Assembly: GCA_948433885.1 (NCBI GenBank)
Contig: CAOJEC010000002.1
Coordinates: forward strand, 8,976-72,975
DNA: 64,000 nt
Origin: an uncultured bacterium
Lineage (GTDB): Bacteria; Bacillota_I; Bacilli_A; RF39; UBA660
Direction of reading: 5' to 3'
Part shown: positions 42,545-52,300 of the stretch, in pieces
How the letters are laid out: each line of letters begins with the position of its first letter
Numbering within the stretch: the stretch's first letter is position 1
Made by a program: the position numbers and the translations under genes
The notes under the pieces: generated by a model
Told to the model about the DNA's origin: nothing
The model's database searches: none
Seen by the model: only the letters and a program-made list of their open reading frames with translations

Positions 42545-42686
42545 TCCAATTTTAAATTATCATTTAAATATCACCTAATATAAGATACTTCCAGGAAATA
42601 TTATAATAAGAAAATAAAGTAAAAAGTATATATGATCTTTAAAGTTTAAATAACTATAAATACAGATTTAATATTTATATGCATTT

Positions 42687-42704
42687 ATGTTCCACGTGAA
42701 ACAT
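42687..42704. promoter_or_regulatory. parS site a
   Basis: The core TGTTCCACGTGAAACA is identical to the B. subtilis parS consensus. An extra half-site GTGGAACA lies at 42710-42717. Confidence 0.8.
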
Positions 42705-42742
42705 CACAAGTGGAACAAAAAATGATATTTTTAATATTGTAA

Positions 42743-42760
42743 TTATTTCCCGGGAAATAA
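42743..42760. promoter_or_regulatory. NBS palindrome 2
   Basis: TTATTTCCCGGGAAATAA is a perfect 18-bp palindrome. Confidence 0.75.
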
Positions 42761-42785
42761 AAATATAGGTATTTTTCCACAGCAC

Positions 42786-42803
42786 ATGTTCCACGTGGAA
42801 CAT
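42786..42803. promoter_or_regulatory. parS site b
   Basis: ATGTTCCACGTGGAACAT is a perfect 18-bp palindrome. TTTTCCACA lies just upstream at 42773-42781. Confidence 0.8.
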
Positions 42804-42958
42804 TAGATTTTGACATAGTAAAGTTTAGATATAATTAGTCTAAGTAATATTTTATTTAAAATCAAATTCTCAGTTGTATTAAAAATAATTATAAATTTAT
42901 TTTAATACTATTAAGAGTTAAATTGGTTGTACTCTTCTTACTACTTTTCCACAACTAG

Positions 42959-42976
42959 ATGTTCCACGTGGAACAT
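42959..42976. promoter_or_regulatory. parS site c
   Basis: ATGTTCCACGTGGAACAT is perfect. TTTTCCACA lies at 42945-42953. Confidence 0.8.
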
Positions 42977-43140
42977 GATAGTATTAAGTCAACGCTTTGT
43001 TTTTTATTAGCTCATTTCTAGAAAATGCAGCACAAAACCGAATTACTAAGCATCTAGTTAACATTGGTTAAATTAATATAAAATCTTAATGATCATATTG
43101 ATAGTTGAAAATGTTTTTTATAATATTCTTTCCACAACAA

Positions 43141-43160
43141 AATGTTCCACGTGGAACATT
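43141..43160. promoter_or_regulatory. parS site d
   Basis: AATGTTCCACGTGGAACATT is a perfect 20-bp palindrome. CTTTCCACA lies at 43128-43136. Confidence 0.8.
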
Positions 43161-43220
43161 GTATAATACTTGGTAATAAAATTTATAAAACACTTGAATA
43201 TACGTACATTTGTATGCAAC

Positions 43221-43236
43221 TATTTCCCGGGAAATA
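43221..43236. promoter_or_regulatory. NBS palindrome 3
   Basis: TATTTCCCGGGAAATA is a perfect 16-bp palindrome, 8 nt upstream of the ffs -35 element. Confidence 0.75.
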
Positions 43237-43243
43237 ATCCTAC

Positions 43244-43272
43244 TTGAATTTTATAATTTAATATGATAAAAT
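43244..43272 (+). promoter_or_regulatory. Putative promoter of the SRP RNA
   Basis: TTGAAT (43244-43249), a 17-nt spacer, then TAAAAT (43267-43272). This places the start near G43278/79. Confidence 0.5.
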
Positions 43273-43277
43273 TTAAA

Positions 43278-43352
43278 GGCACAACGAACTATTGTCGAAC
43301 CTGGTCAGGATTGGAAAATAGCAGCCATAAGATGAGAATTCGTGTGTGCTTT
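43278..43352 (+). ncRNA. ffs: Small (4.5S-type) signal recognition particle RNA
   Basis: cctGGTCAGGattGGAAaatAGCAGCCataagatgagaattcgtgtgtgc parallels E. coli 4.5S ccaGGUCAGGuccGGAAggaAGCAGCCaaggcagaugacgcgugugcc. It has a GGAA tetraloop, and the closing stem GCACA(A)CGAA / TTCGTGTGTGC has one bulge. The ends are approximate. Confidence 0.8.
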
Positions 43353-43367
43353 TATTTTGGAGGAATT

Positions 43368-43787
43368 ATGGAAAAATATATTTTGGATCGACTCTTCGAA
43401 TTGGCAAATAAATCATTAGAGGAAAATGAGTTTCCAGTAAGTGCAATTGTTTATGACCAAACAGGAATATTAGGTGAAGGTTATAATATAAGGAATTCTA
43501 CCAATAAAACTACCGATCATGCAGAAATAATAGCAATAGAAAATGCTAATAAAAATGTAAAAAATTGGAATTTAGAGAACAAATGTATGGTAGTAACTTT
43601 AGAGCCTTGTGAAATGTGCAAAAGTGTCATTAAAGAAGCACGTCTATCCGAAGTTTACTTTCTCATACCGAGATATAAGTACAAAAAACAATATAAAAAT
43701 ACTACAATAAAACATCTTCCCTTACAGGATGAAAGATTAACATCATATAATCAAAATATAACGACCTTTTTTTCAAATAAACGGTAG
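43368..43787 (+). CDS. tadA: tRNA-specific adenosine deaminase
   Basis: CDA-fold motifs HAE (TTDHAEIIAI) and PCxxC (LEPCEMCKSV). The ATG at 43368 follows GGAGG. The track's upstream extension overlaps the SRP RNA. Confidence 0.9.
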   Translation: MEKYILDRLFELANKSLEENEFPVSAIVYDQTGILGEGYNIRNSTNKTTDHAEIIAIENANKNVKNWNLENKCMVVTLEPCEMCKSVIKEARLSEVYFLIPRYKYKKQYKNTTIKHLPLQDERLTSYNQNITTFFSNKR

Positions 43788-43833
43788 ATTATATATCATC
43801 ATTTTGTTATAATTATATTGGAGATGATTTCAC

Positions 43834-45411
43834 ATGGCATATAAAGTACTCTATAGAAAATATCGACCTAATACATTCGAAAAAATAGTGGGTCAAAAAA
43901 CCATTGTCGAAAATCTTAAAAAAAGTGTCGAAGAAGGATCCTTTTCACACGCTTACATCTTTACAGGTCCCAGAGGTACCGGAAAGACTACTACAGCTAA
44001 AGTTTTAGCAAAATCCCTAATCTGTAGTGACCCTCACGCAGGTGAATCTTGTGATAAATGTGAAAATTGTAAAAACTTTGCGACTATTCCAGACATAATC
44101 GAGATCGATGCGGCATCCAATAATGGCATTAATGAAATTAGAGAATTGAGAAACAATATCACACTGGCTCCTTCTCAAGCAAAATACAAAATTTATATAA
44201 TCGATGAGGTGCACATGTTGTCAGACGGTGCCTTCAACGCATTATTAAAAACTTTAGAAGAACCACCGGCACATGCCATATTCATTTTAGCTACAACAGA
44301 AATATACAAAGTACCCATTACTATTTTATCTCGTTGTCAAAGATACGATTTTAAAAAGATAGATCAGAATGACATGATTGCACATTTAAAAGACATCTGT
44401 AATGATGAAAACATTTCATACGAGGATGGAGTACTAGAAGAAATATTTGAGCTCAGTGAAGGTTGCCTACGAGACGCATTAAGTATTCTAGATCAGTCTT
44501 CTAAATCGGAAAGTAAGATAACATTAGAAGGACTTTTAAAAAACTACAACATGATATCTAATAATGCAGTTAAAGAGCTTCTCACATTAGTAAAAACTGG
44601 TCAAATCGATGATTTGATAAAAAAAATAGAAAGCTACGAGGCAACAGGAATAAATGCTCAAAAAATGCTCAAACGAATGATCAGTTATTTAGAAAAAATG
44701 GCCATTGAAATAAAAACAGGGAAAACTAAAGAGTTTTCTTATAGCGCGATATCTCTTTTGATAAAAGATTTAAATAAATGCTACATAGATGCTAGAATTA
44801 ATGAAAACGTTTTTACAATGATAAAATTGTGTTTTTTGGAAGCAGTCGAATCGCCATTAAAAAGAAAAAACGAACTAAAAGAAGAAAAAACGAGTAAAGA
44901 TGTTAAAAAAGAAGTTATCGAAAAACCACTAGAAGAAAAAGTAAACAAAAAAGAAAAAGAGCAGGATGTCGAACATCAAACTTTAAATCCAATTGATATA
45001 AGAATAAATAACTGCTTTGTAGAGGCAAGCAAGGATCATCTATCCAAAATTACAAATAAATGGAATATATTGACTTCAAAAACGATGCCTGGACTCGAAC
45101 CAAAAGAATACAAACCAGTCGCAGCATCATCAACCTATGCAATATTTACTTCAGAAGAAAATTCGTTGGCTAATTTATTTAACATAAAACAAGAAGAAAT
45201 CGAAAAATCTCTGAAAAAGGAACAAATCGATATAAAAGTTGTCGCAATAACTAATGACGAATGGCAAAAAGAAAAAGAAAAATACAAAAATAATTTAATA
45301 CAAAAGAAAAAATACGAATACATAGAGGAACCACTTCCAAAAGAAGAAAATTCAAAAATAAAGAAAGAAGCTGAAGACCTCTTTAATGAAAAATTGGTCG
45401 AGGTTTCATAG
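43834..45411 (+). CDS. dnaX: DNA polymerase III subunit tau/gamma
   Basis: Walker A (GPRGTGKTT), a Zn module (CDKCENC) and the SRC motif (ILSRCQRYDF). Confidence 0.95.
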   Translation: MAYKVLYRKYRPNTFEKIVGQKTIVENLKKSVEEGSFSHAYIFTGPRGTGKTTTAKVLAKSLICSDPHAGESCDKCENCKNFATIPDIIEIDAASNNGINEIRELRNNITLAPSQAKYKIYIIDEVHMLSDGAFNALLKTLEEPPAHAIFILATTEIYKVPITILSRCQRYDFKKIDQNDMIAHLKDICNDENISYEDGVLEEIFELSEGCLRDALSILDQSSKSESKITLEGLLKNYNMISNNAVKELLTLVKTGQIDDLIKKIESYEATGINAQKMLKRMISYLEKMAIEIKTGKTKEFSYSAISLLIKDLNKCYIDARINENVFTMIKLCFLEAVESPLKRKNELKEEKTSKDVKKEVIEKPLEEKVNKKEKEQDVEHQTLNPIDIRINNCFVEASKDHLSKITNKWNILTSKTMPGLEPKEYKPVAASSTYAIFTSEENSLANLFNIKQEEIEKSLKKEQIDIKVVAITNDEWQKEKEKYKNNLIQKKKYEYIEEPLPKEENSKIKKEAEDLFNEKLVEVS

Positions 45412-45423
45412 GAGGAGAAGAAA

Positions 45424-45720
45424 ATGAACATACAAAATATTATGGCTCAAGCCCAAAAAATGCAAAAAGAAATAACAAAGAAACAGGAAGAAATTTATGC
45501 TATGACCTTCGTCGGAAAATCAGAATGGGTCGATGTATCCATGAATGGTAAAAAAATGGTCATGAAAATCGAAATCAAGTATGATGGAGATATCAATGGA
45601 GAAAAAGAAATGCTCGCTGACATGATAACCATCGCAATAAATGACGCTCACAAGCAAATTGATAAAGAAATCGAGCAAAAATTGGGAGTCTATAGTAAAC
45701 AGCTTGGTGGTTTGATGTGA
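45424..45720 (+). CDS. ybaB: YbaB/EbfC nucleoid-associated protein
   Basis: ~100-aa protein between dnaX and recR, starting MNIQNIMAQAQKMQKEI. Confidence 0.9.
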   Translation: MNIQNIMAQAQKMQKEITKKQEEIYAMTFVGKSEWVDVSMNGKKMVMKIEIKYDGDINGEKEMLADMITIAINDAHKQIDKEIEQKLGVYSKQLGGLM

Positions 45721-46322
45721 TGAACATCTATCCGGAATTACTAGAAACACTGATAGAATACTTCAAAAAATTGCCGGGTATAGGTGAACGAACTGCTGAA
45801 AGATATGCACTCGCTTTGATCAATTTGAACAAAGAAGACCTAAAAGATTTTGCTTCAGCTATCGACAAGATAGATACGACCTTTAAGAAGTGCGAGGAAT
45901 GCGGACATCTCACTGAAAAAAAGATATGTCAAATATGTGAAGACACCAATAGAGATCACAACCTAATTTGTGTAGTCGAAGACTATAAAAGCATCTTTGT
46001 ATTCGAAAAGACAAAAAAATTCGGTGGCATTTATCATGTTTTAGGGGGGCTCATTTCCCCGATAGATGGAATCAATCCCGATGATTTGAATATTTCAAAA
46101 CTTATACAAAGATGTAAGGCTCTAGATAACGTAGAAGTAATAATTGCACTGAGACCAACTATCGAGGGAGATACCACGACGTTGTATCTAAAAAAAGTTT
46201 TAGCTAACCAAAATATAAAAGTAACTAGACTTTCTTATGGCATTCCGATGGGAGCTGAGATCGATTATCTAGACATACTAACACTTGAAAGAGCGTTGTT
46301 CGACCGAAAAGAAGTAGAATAA
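45717..46322 (+). CDS. recR: Recombination protein RecR
   Basis: HhH (LPGIGERTAERYA), a Cys4 zinc finger (CEECGH...CQIC) and a Toprim domain. Confidence 0.95.
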   Translation: MMNIYPELLETLIEYFKKLPGIGERTAERYALALINLNKEDLKDFASAIDKIDTTFKKCEECGHLTEKKICQICEDTNRDHNLICVVEDYKSIFVFEKTKKFGGIYHVLGGLISPIDGINPDDLNISKLIQRCKALDNVEVIIALRPTIEGDTTTLYLKKVLANQNIKVTRLSYGIPMGAEIDYLDILTLERALFDRKEVE

Positions 46323-46348
46323 ATATAGCTAAAAATTCATATTATTAA

Positions 46349-46537
46349 TTGATAGATATGAAAATAATTTTAAAAATAATAAAAAGAACAATATTCGCCT
46401 TAGCCGTATTATATGGATTCAACATTATCATGGAAAGCTTAAAATTGTTCATCCCGTTGAACATATATACCATTTCATCAGTAGCAATATTGGGTTTCCC
46501 AGGTCTATTCATATTAGTAGGGCTTTTGTTGATTTGA
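46349..46537 (+). CDS. bofA: BofA-family pro-sigma-K processing inhibitor
   Basis: IPLNIYTISSVAILGFPGLFILV resembles B. subtilis BofA VPINLVTTAISGILGIPGIAALV. Its position after recR matches B. subtilis. Confidence 0.7.
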   Translation: MIDMKIILKIIKRTIFALAVLYGFNIIMESLKLFIPLNIYTISSVAILGFPGLFILVGLLLI

Positions 46538-46546
46538 GAGGATCTT

Positions 46547-47392
46547 ATGGAAGTAGAAACTGTCATACAAAAATTAAAAAAAGAATTCGATGAGAATATA
46601 AATTCCCATATTTTTTTAGTTGAAACAAATGACATAGAAAAAAGTATATCGGATATAAAAAATCTTTTGAAAGAAATACTGTCTCATGGAGACGAAATTA
46701 TAAAAAACCAAATAGTGAATGAAACATATTTAGAACTCATAATTTTGAGAAGCGAAGGGAAAACTATCAAAACAGATCGGGTATTTGAACTTCAAAGTAG
46801 AATCAAGACCAAACCTGTGTTATCCAATTTCATCGCATATATAATCGCTCCAGCAGAAGATTTAAACGACAGTGCTTCCAATAAATTATTGAAGACTATC
46901 GAGGAACCAAACCCTAATATAATCGGCTTTCTAGTGACTAAAAATGCCGATTTACTTCTTCCAACTATCAAGTCCCGCTGTGAAAATATAACACTTTTAT
47001 ATGATCAATCTGAAAATTGCATAGAATTAAATGCTGAAACTGAAGAGACGATTAAAAGTATAATAAGAGCTATAGAAGAAAAAGACCATTTAGCACTGCA
47101 CAAAGCAAAAACTTCCAATAAAAATCTTAAAGAAAATGCACATGTCGTTGAAAATTTGATAAAAGACTATTATAATATGGCCTGCAATCTCAAGACGAAA
47201 GAAAAATTAGATCAAAATCTAGTTGACTTTATAAAAAAGAACAACGATTATAAAACTTTAATTAGAAAAACAAAATACATAAATGGATTGTTGAACAAAT
47301 TGTCAAAAAATATGAACATAGACTTGATGTTAGAAAAAATGTTTTTTGATATGAAAGAAGTGAAAAAAAATGACGATAGTAGCAGGAGTTAA
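46547..47392 (+). CDS. holB: DNA polymerase III delta' subunit
   Basis: ASNKLLKTIEEP and the SRC motif (PTIKSRCENITL). It lies upstream of ricT, as in B. subtilis. Confidence 0.8.
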   Translation: MEVETVIQKLKKEFDENINSHIFLVETNDIEKSISDIKNLLKEILSHGDEIIKNQIVNETYLELIILRSEGKTIKTDRVFELQSRIKTKPVLSNFIAYIIAPAEDLNDSASNKLLKTIEEPNPNIIGFLVTKNADLLLPTIKSRCENITLLYDQSENCIELNAETEETIKSIIRAIEEKDHLALHKAKTSNKNLKENAHVVENLIKDYYNMACNLKTKEKLDQNLVDFIKKNNDYKTLIRKTKYINGLLNKLSKNMNIDLMLEKMFFDMKEVKKNDDSSRS

Positions 47393-48143
47393 ATTTAAAA
47401 ATGGTGGAAAGACTTACAATTTTTCCTCAAATGAAGAATACAAAGTAGGAGATAAAGTTATAGTTGAAACGGAAAGAGGTACACAGCTTGGTCAAATCGA
47501 AACCATAACCGATGACACCGACATTTCCAATAAAAATTTAAAAGAAATTAAATCTCTGGCTACAAAGGCCGATTACAACAAATATTTAAAAAATATCAAA
47601 GATGCTAAAAAGGCATTTGAAGCTACAAAAGAACTTATAAGAAAAAAGAATATCAACATGAATTTAATAGATGCAAGTTATACCTTCGATAGAAAAGTCT
47701 TACTGTTCAACTTTATATCAGATGAAAGAGTCGATTTTAGAGAATTAGTCAAAGAACTAGCCAATAATTATCATACGAGAATCGAATTACATCAAATAGG
47801 AGTACGTGATAAAGCAAAGGAAATAGGAGGACTTGGACTATGTGGACGAACATTATGTTGTAGCAAACAATTCAAAAGTATAGGGTCAGTAAATATCAAC
47901 ATGGTAAAAAACCAAAATATTGCCTTAAATCCAACAAAGATAAATGGAGCATGCGGACGACTTCTTTGTTGTTTTACTTATGAAAATGATATATATGAAC
48001 AAAATAGAAAAGAACTTCCAAAGATAGGAGAACGCATTCAATATGAAAATAAAGAAGTGGTTGTAACTGAAATCGATCCTTTGAATAAAACATACACTGT
48101 TAAACTTGGTGAAAATACTTTTGAAAAGGTGAATGTGGAGTGA
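47370..48143 (+). CDS. ricT: PSP1-domain protein RicT/YaaT
   Basis: The N-terminus IVAGVKFKNGGKTYNF resembles YaaT, and there is a Cys cluster (LCGRTLCC...CGRLLCC). Confidence 0.85.
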   Translation: MTIVAGVKFKNGGKTYNFSSNEEYKVGDKVIVETERGTQLGQIETITDDTDISNKNLKEIKSLATKADYNKYLKNIKDAKKAFEATKELIRKKNINMNLIDASYTFDRKVLLFNFISDERVDFRELVKELANNYHTRIELHQIGVRDKAKEIGGLGLCGRTLCCSKQFKSIGSVNINMVKNQNIALNPTKINGACGRLLCCFTYENDIYEQNRKELPKIGERIQYENKEVVVTEIDPLNKTYTVKLGENTFEKVNVE

Positions 48144-48832
48144 GAGTTTTAAACGATCTTTTCGATTATGGACTAAAAATATATCAGGATAGTGAATACT
48201 TTAAATTCAGTATAGACTCAATCCTACTTGCAGAGTTTGTTAAACTGCATAAAAATGAAAGAATATTGGATATTTGCACAGGCAATGCTCCTATTCCTAT
48301 GATTCTCTCGACCAAAGAAGAGAGCATTCATATCGACGGTGTCGAAATTCAAAAAGAAATTTTTGATTTAGCCCAAAAAAGCATAATAGAGAACGGACTA
48401 GAAAACAAAATACATCTTTTTAATATAGATGCCAAGAGTTTTTTAAATGCTGAAAAATACGATATAGTAACCTGTAATCCACCTTATTTCAAAATAACTG
48501 AAACATCCGAGAAAAATGTAAATATAATAAAAAGAATAGCTAGACATGAGATGTATATAACTTTAGAAGATTGTATAGACGTCGCAAAGAGAAATTTGAA
48601 AGAAACTGGAAGATTGTATATGGTTCACAGAGTCGATAGATTCTTAGACACAATACATCATTTGGAAAACAAGAAATTTGGCATAAGAAAAATAGTATTT
48701 GTTTATACGAAAGATTACAAAGCAGAGTTTTTTTTAATAGAGGCTTCTCGATATAAAAAGAGCGATCCAGTGGTTTATTCGATTTATGCAAACAATAAAA
48801 AATGTTATAAAAATATATTCGAGGAGGCTTGA
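48140..48832 (+). CDS. SAM-dependent tRNA (adenine-N6) methyltransferase, YabB/TrmN6-like
   Basis: NPPY-type motif (VTCNPPYFK). Its position after yaaT matches B. subtilis yabB. Confidence 0.7.
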   Translation: MRVLNDLFDYGLKIYQDSEYFKFSIDSILLAEFVKLHKNERILDICTGNAPIPMILSTKEESIHIDGVEIQKEIFDLAQKSIIENGLENKIHLFNIDAKSFLNAEKYDIVTCNPPYFKITETSEKNVNIIKRIARHEMYITLEDCIDVAKRNLKETGRLYMVHRVDRFLDTIHHLENKKFGIRKIVFVYTKDYKAEFFLIEASRYKKSDPVVYSIYANNKKCYKNIFEEA

Positions 48833-48835
48833 TTT

Positions 48836-49393
48836 ATGAAGTTGATATGTGGCCTTGGTAATCCGGGCAAAACGTATGAAAAAACGAGACACAATGTAGG
48901 ATTTATGATCGTTGATAACTACGTGAATGGAGAAAAATTTAGTAAAAAATTCAATGGCTTGTTTATAGAAAAAACAATAAATGGAGAAAAAGTGATTTTT
49001 TTAAAGCCTCAAAGCTATATGAATCTCTCTGGTGAAGTCGTGAGACCGTTCAAAGACTATTATAAAATAGATTCTAAAGACATACTCATCATTCGTGATG
49101 ATTTGGATCTCGAATTGGGACATGTTCGCATAAAATATGATAGTTCATCAGGTGGAGATAACGGCATAAAATCCATAATAAATCATTTAGGAAACAAAGA
49201 GTTTTATCAATATAAAGTAGGCATATCGAATGATAAAAATCGCGATACCAAAGATTATGTACTAGGAAAATTTTCGAATGAAGAGATGATCATCCTCAAT
49301 GAAATAATCGATAAGTCAAAAGATATTATAGAAGATTTTATTGTTGGAAAAATAACAAATACTAATGACTTCTTTTATGGAGAAAAAAGATGA
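48836..49393 (+). CDS. pth: Peptidyl-tRNA hydrolase
   Basis: N-terminus LICGLGNPGKTYEKTRHNVGF. Confidence 0.95.
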   Translation: MKLICGLGNPGKTYEKTRHNVGFMIVDNYVNGEKFSKKFNGLFIEKTINGEKVIFLKPQSYMNLSGEVVRPFKDYYKIDSKDILIIRDDLDLELGHVRIKYDSSSGGDNGIKSIINHLGNKEFYQYKVGISNDKNRDTKDYVLGKFSNEEMIILNEIIDKSKDIIEDFIVGKITNTNDFFYGEKR

Positions 49394-52300
49394 AAATCAT
49401 CACCGATAAATTTCGTTATAAAAAGGACCACAATGTATACGGTCTTACAAAAGAATTGATCACTCTTTATATATCTAACTATTTTGAAGAAAACGACGAA
49501 AACGTTTTGATTTTGACGAGTACACTTTATGAAGCGAATAATATATATAAAGCACTACAGGCATACACGAGCGATGTTCTGTTTTTTCCGATGGACGATT
49601 TTTTGGCATCAGTTGCGCTCGCTATTTCACCGGATTTGAAAATAAAAAGACTTGAAACATTGGAAAAATTGCTCAACGAAAAGAAAAAACATCTTGTCGT
49701 GACCTCATTGATGGGATATTTAAAATTTTTGCCTAATAAAGAAGAACAACATAGTCTCGTCATAGATACATTGTCACAAAATATTTCCCGGGAAATAATT
49801 TTAAACAAATTAGAAGACTTTGGATACAACCGTGAATCTCTAGTGACGACGACTGGTGAATATGCTGTACGAGGATATATAGTAGACGTATATCCGGTCG
49901 ATCGAGAAAAGCCTGTTCGAATCGAGTTTTTTGGAGATGAAGTCGAATCGATAAAAGAGTTTGACGAAAATACTCAAAGAACTACAACTACGATTGAACG
50001 ATTTGAAATTAAAAAATTTAATGAAACTATATCTACGGACGCCAATTCACTCTTGGACTATATGAATGATCGAACAGTCTTTATAATTGATGAACAAAGA
50101 GTATGCACATCATATAAAAATTTACAAGAAGAGATGCTTGAATACTGTACTAGCAAAGAAATTCCTGTTTCAACAAAATTCATGTTCGGCATGGAAGAGA
50201 TAGCAATAAATAAGGTTTATAAGATCGAAACATTGAACACCATAGAAGATCCAAAATCACTAATTTATGTTTCTAAGGAAATGGAAAATTTTGGAGGTAA
50301 TCTTGAAAATCTAGACACATTTGTTAAAAGGATGCTCGAAAAGAGTACCATTATCTTTGCTTTAGAAAATACAAAACAAATTAACGAAATAAAATCACTT
50401 TTTGATGATGCACTCATTACGAACGAAGAACACATTCATTTGAGAAAGATAAATATCATCGAAAAGAAAATGAACCACGGCTTTGCATTTGAAAATATCT
50501 TAGTTATCACACCTTATGATATAGACAAAAGCACTCGAACCGATGTCAAATACAAAAACACCATAAAAATAGGCCGTAAAGTTAAAACTTACACAGAACT
50601 TGCCAATGGAGATTATATAGTACATGAACAACATGGAATAGGTATTTACCGTGGTCTCAAAGCTATCAAAAATGGCGAATTCGTAAAAGATTATATCGAA
50701 CTGGAATACGAAGGAAAAGACAAAGTATACCTTCCAATCGATAAAATTGATAGACTTTACAAATACTCTTCGAGTGTCGGAAAGGCACCGAAATTAAACA
50801 AACTAAACAGTACGGCATGGGCCAAGAAGAAAAACGAAACAAGAAAAAGAATCCGCGATATCTCGGGCGAACTTTTAGAACTTTATTCTTCAAGACAAAA
50901 AGTAATCGGGCCTGCATTCGCAGATTTTGACGAAGAAATAGCATTCGCTTTTGATTTTCCTTATGCTTTAACTGACGACCAGGAAAAGACGATAAAAGAA
51001 ATAGACTACGATTTAAAATCGCCAGCTCCGATGGATAGACTACTATGCGGGGATGTGGGTTATGGAAAAACTGAAGTCGCTTTTAGAGCGATGTTCAAAA
51101 CTGTCATAAACGGCTTTCAAGTATCTTATCTATGTCCAACAACAATTTTATCTAAACAACAATATACGAGTGCCTTGGAAAGATTCAAAAGATTCCCCAT
51201 TCGTATAGAACTATTGAATAGGCACATTTCGACAGCCAAAGTAAATAAAATTTTAAAAGAGTTAGCAGAAGGTAAAATAGACATAGTCATTGGAACCCAT
51301 AAATTGTTAAATGACAAAATCGAATATAAAAATTTGGGATTACTAGTGATCGATGAAGAACAAAGATTTGGAGTTTCTCATAAAGAAAAAATTAAAAAGA
51401 TGAAAAATGACATTAACGTCTTGACCTTGTCGGCTACACCTATCCCGAGAACATTGAAAATGGCAATGAGTGGGTTACGAAGTCTATCAGTGCTAGATAC
51501 GCCACCAGTGAATCGCTATCCAATTCAAACTTACGTTATTGAAGAAAATGATCTCATCATGAAGGATGCTATATACAAAGAGATGACTAGATCTGGGCAA
51601 GTGTTCCTACTTATCAATAGAATCGATGAATTATCTTCATACAAGACGAAAATTCAAAAACTTATCCCGGAAGCGAGAATCGTATGTGGACACGGACAAA
51701 TGACCTCTGAAGAATTGAACGATATAATGGAAAGTTTCATTCGAGGAGAACACGACATACTGATATGTACTACTATCATAGAAACAGGCATCGATATTGC
51801 CAATGTCAATACTATAATAATTTTGGATGCCGATCACTTTGGTCTAAGCCAATTGTATCAAATTCGAGGCCGCGTCGGACGAAGTGATAAAATAGCGTAT
51901 GCTTACTTGATGTATAAACCTGCGAGACTATTGACTGAAACGGCAACTAAACGACTAGAGTCTATTAAAGAGTTTACTGAATTGGGAAGTGGATATAAAA
52001 TAGCAATGAGAGACTTGGCCATTCGAGGTGCAGGGGATTTGCTAGGTAGCGAGCAAGCAGGTTTCATAGAGGCAGTAGGACTCGATTTATATACAAAGAT
52101 GGTAAACGAAGAGATGAATCGCTTAGAAGGCAACTTCGTCGAAGAAACAGAAGATTCTACCTCTACCTTCAACACGAATACACATATCGAAGATGAGTAT
52201 GTCGAAGATGAAAGTATAAAAATTGAAATACACAAACTCATAAATACTATCAAAACTAAAACAGACTTATTGAAAGTAAAAAATGAACTGATCGATAGAT

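Noticed and set aside
42804-42835. A possible promoter TTGACA...TATAAT just after parS b
   Set aside because: The spacer is only 14 nt by my count, which is too short for a sigma-A promoter.
42427-43236. The repeat-rich gyrA-tadA spacer as a CRISPR array
   Set aside because: The repeats are two different 16-20 bp perfect palindromes with irregular 40-180 bp spacing, not 25-40 bp direct repeats with uniform spacers. There are no cas genes in the window. The motifs match the parS and NBS consensus sequences.
43263-43367. The upstream start of tadA (174-aa version)
   Set aside because: The extension overlaps the SRP RNA and has no RBS. The ATG at 43368 has GGAGG and gives a normal-length TadA.
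43834-45411. A programmed frameshift site in dnaX (gamma subunit production)
   Set aside because: A-runs exist, for example near 44620, but I could not identify an A AAA AAG slippery heptamer with a downstream hairpin, so I make no claim.
46345-46635. A 96-aa minus-strand ORF
   Set aside because: It is antisense to bofA and the holB start. The sense genes are supported by synteny and sequence similarity.
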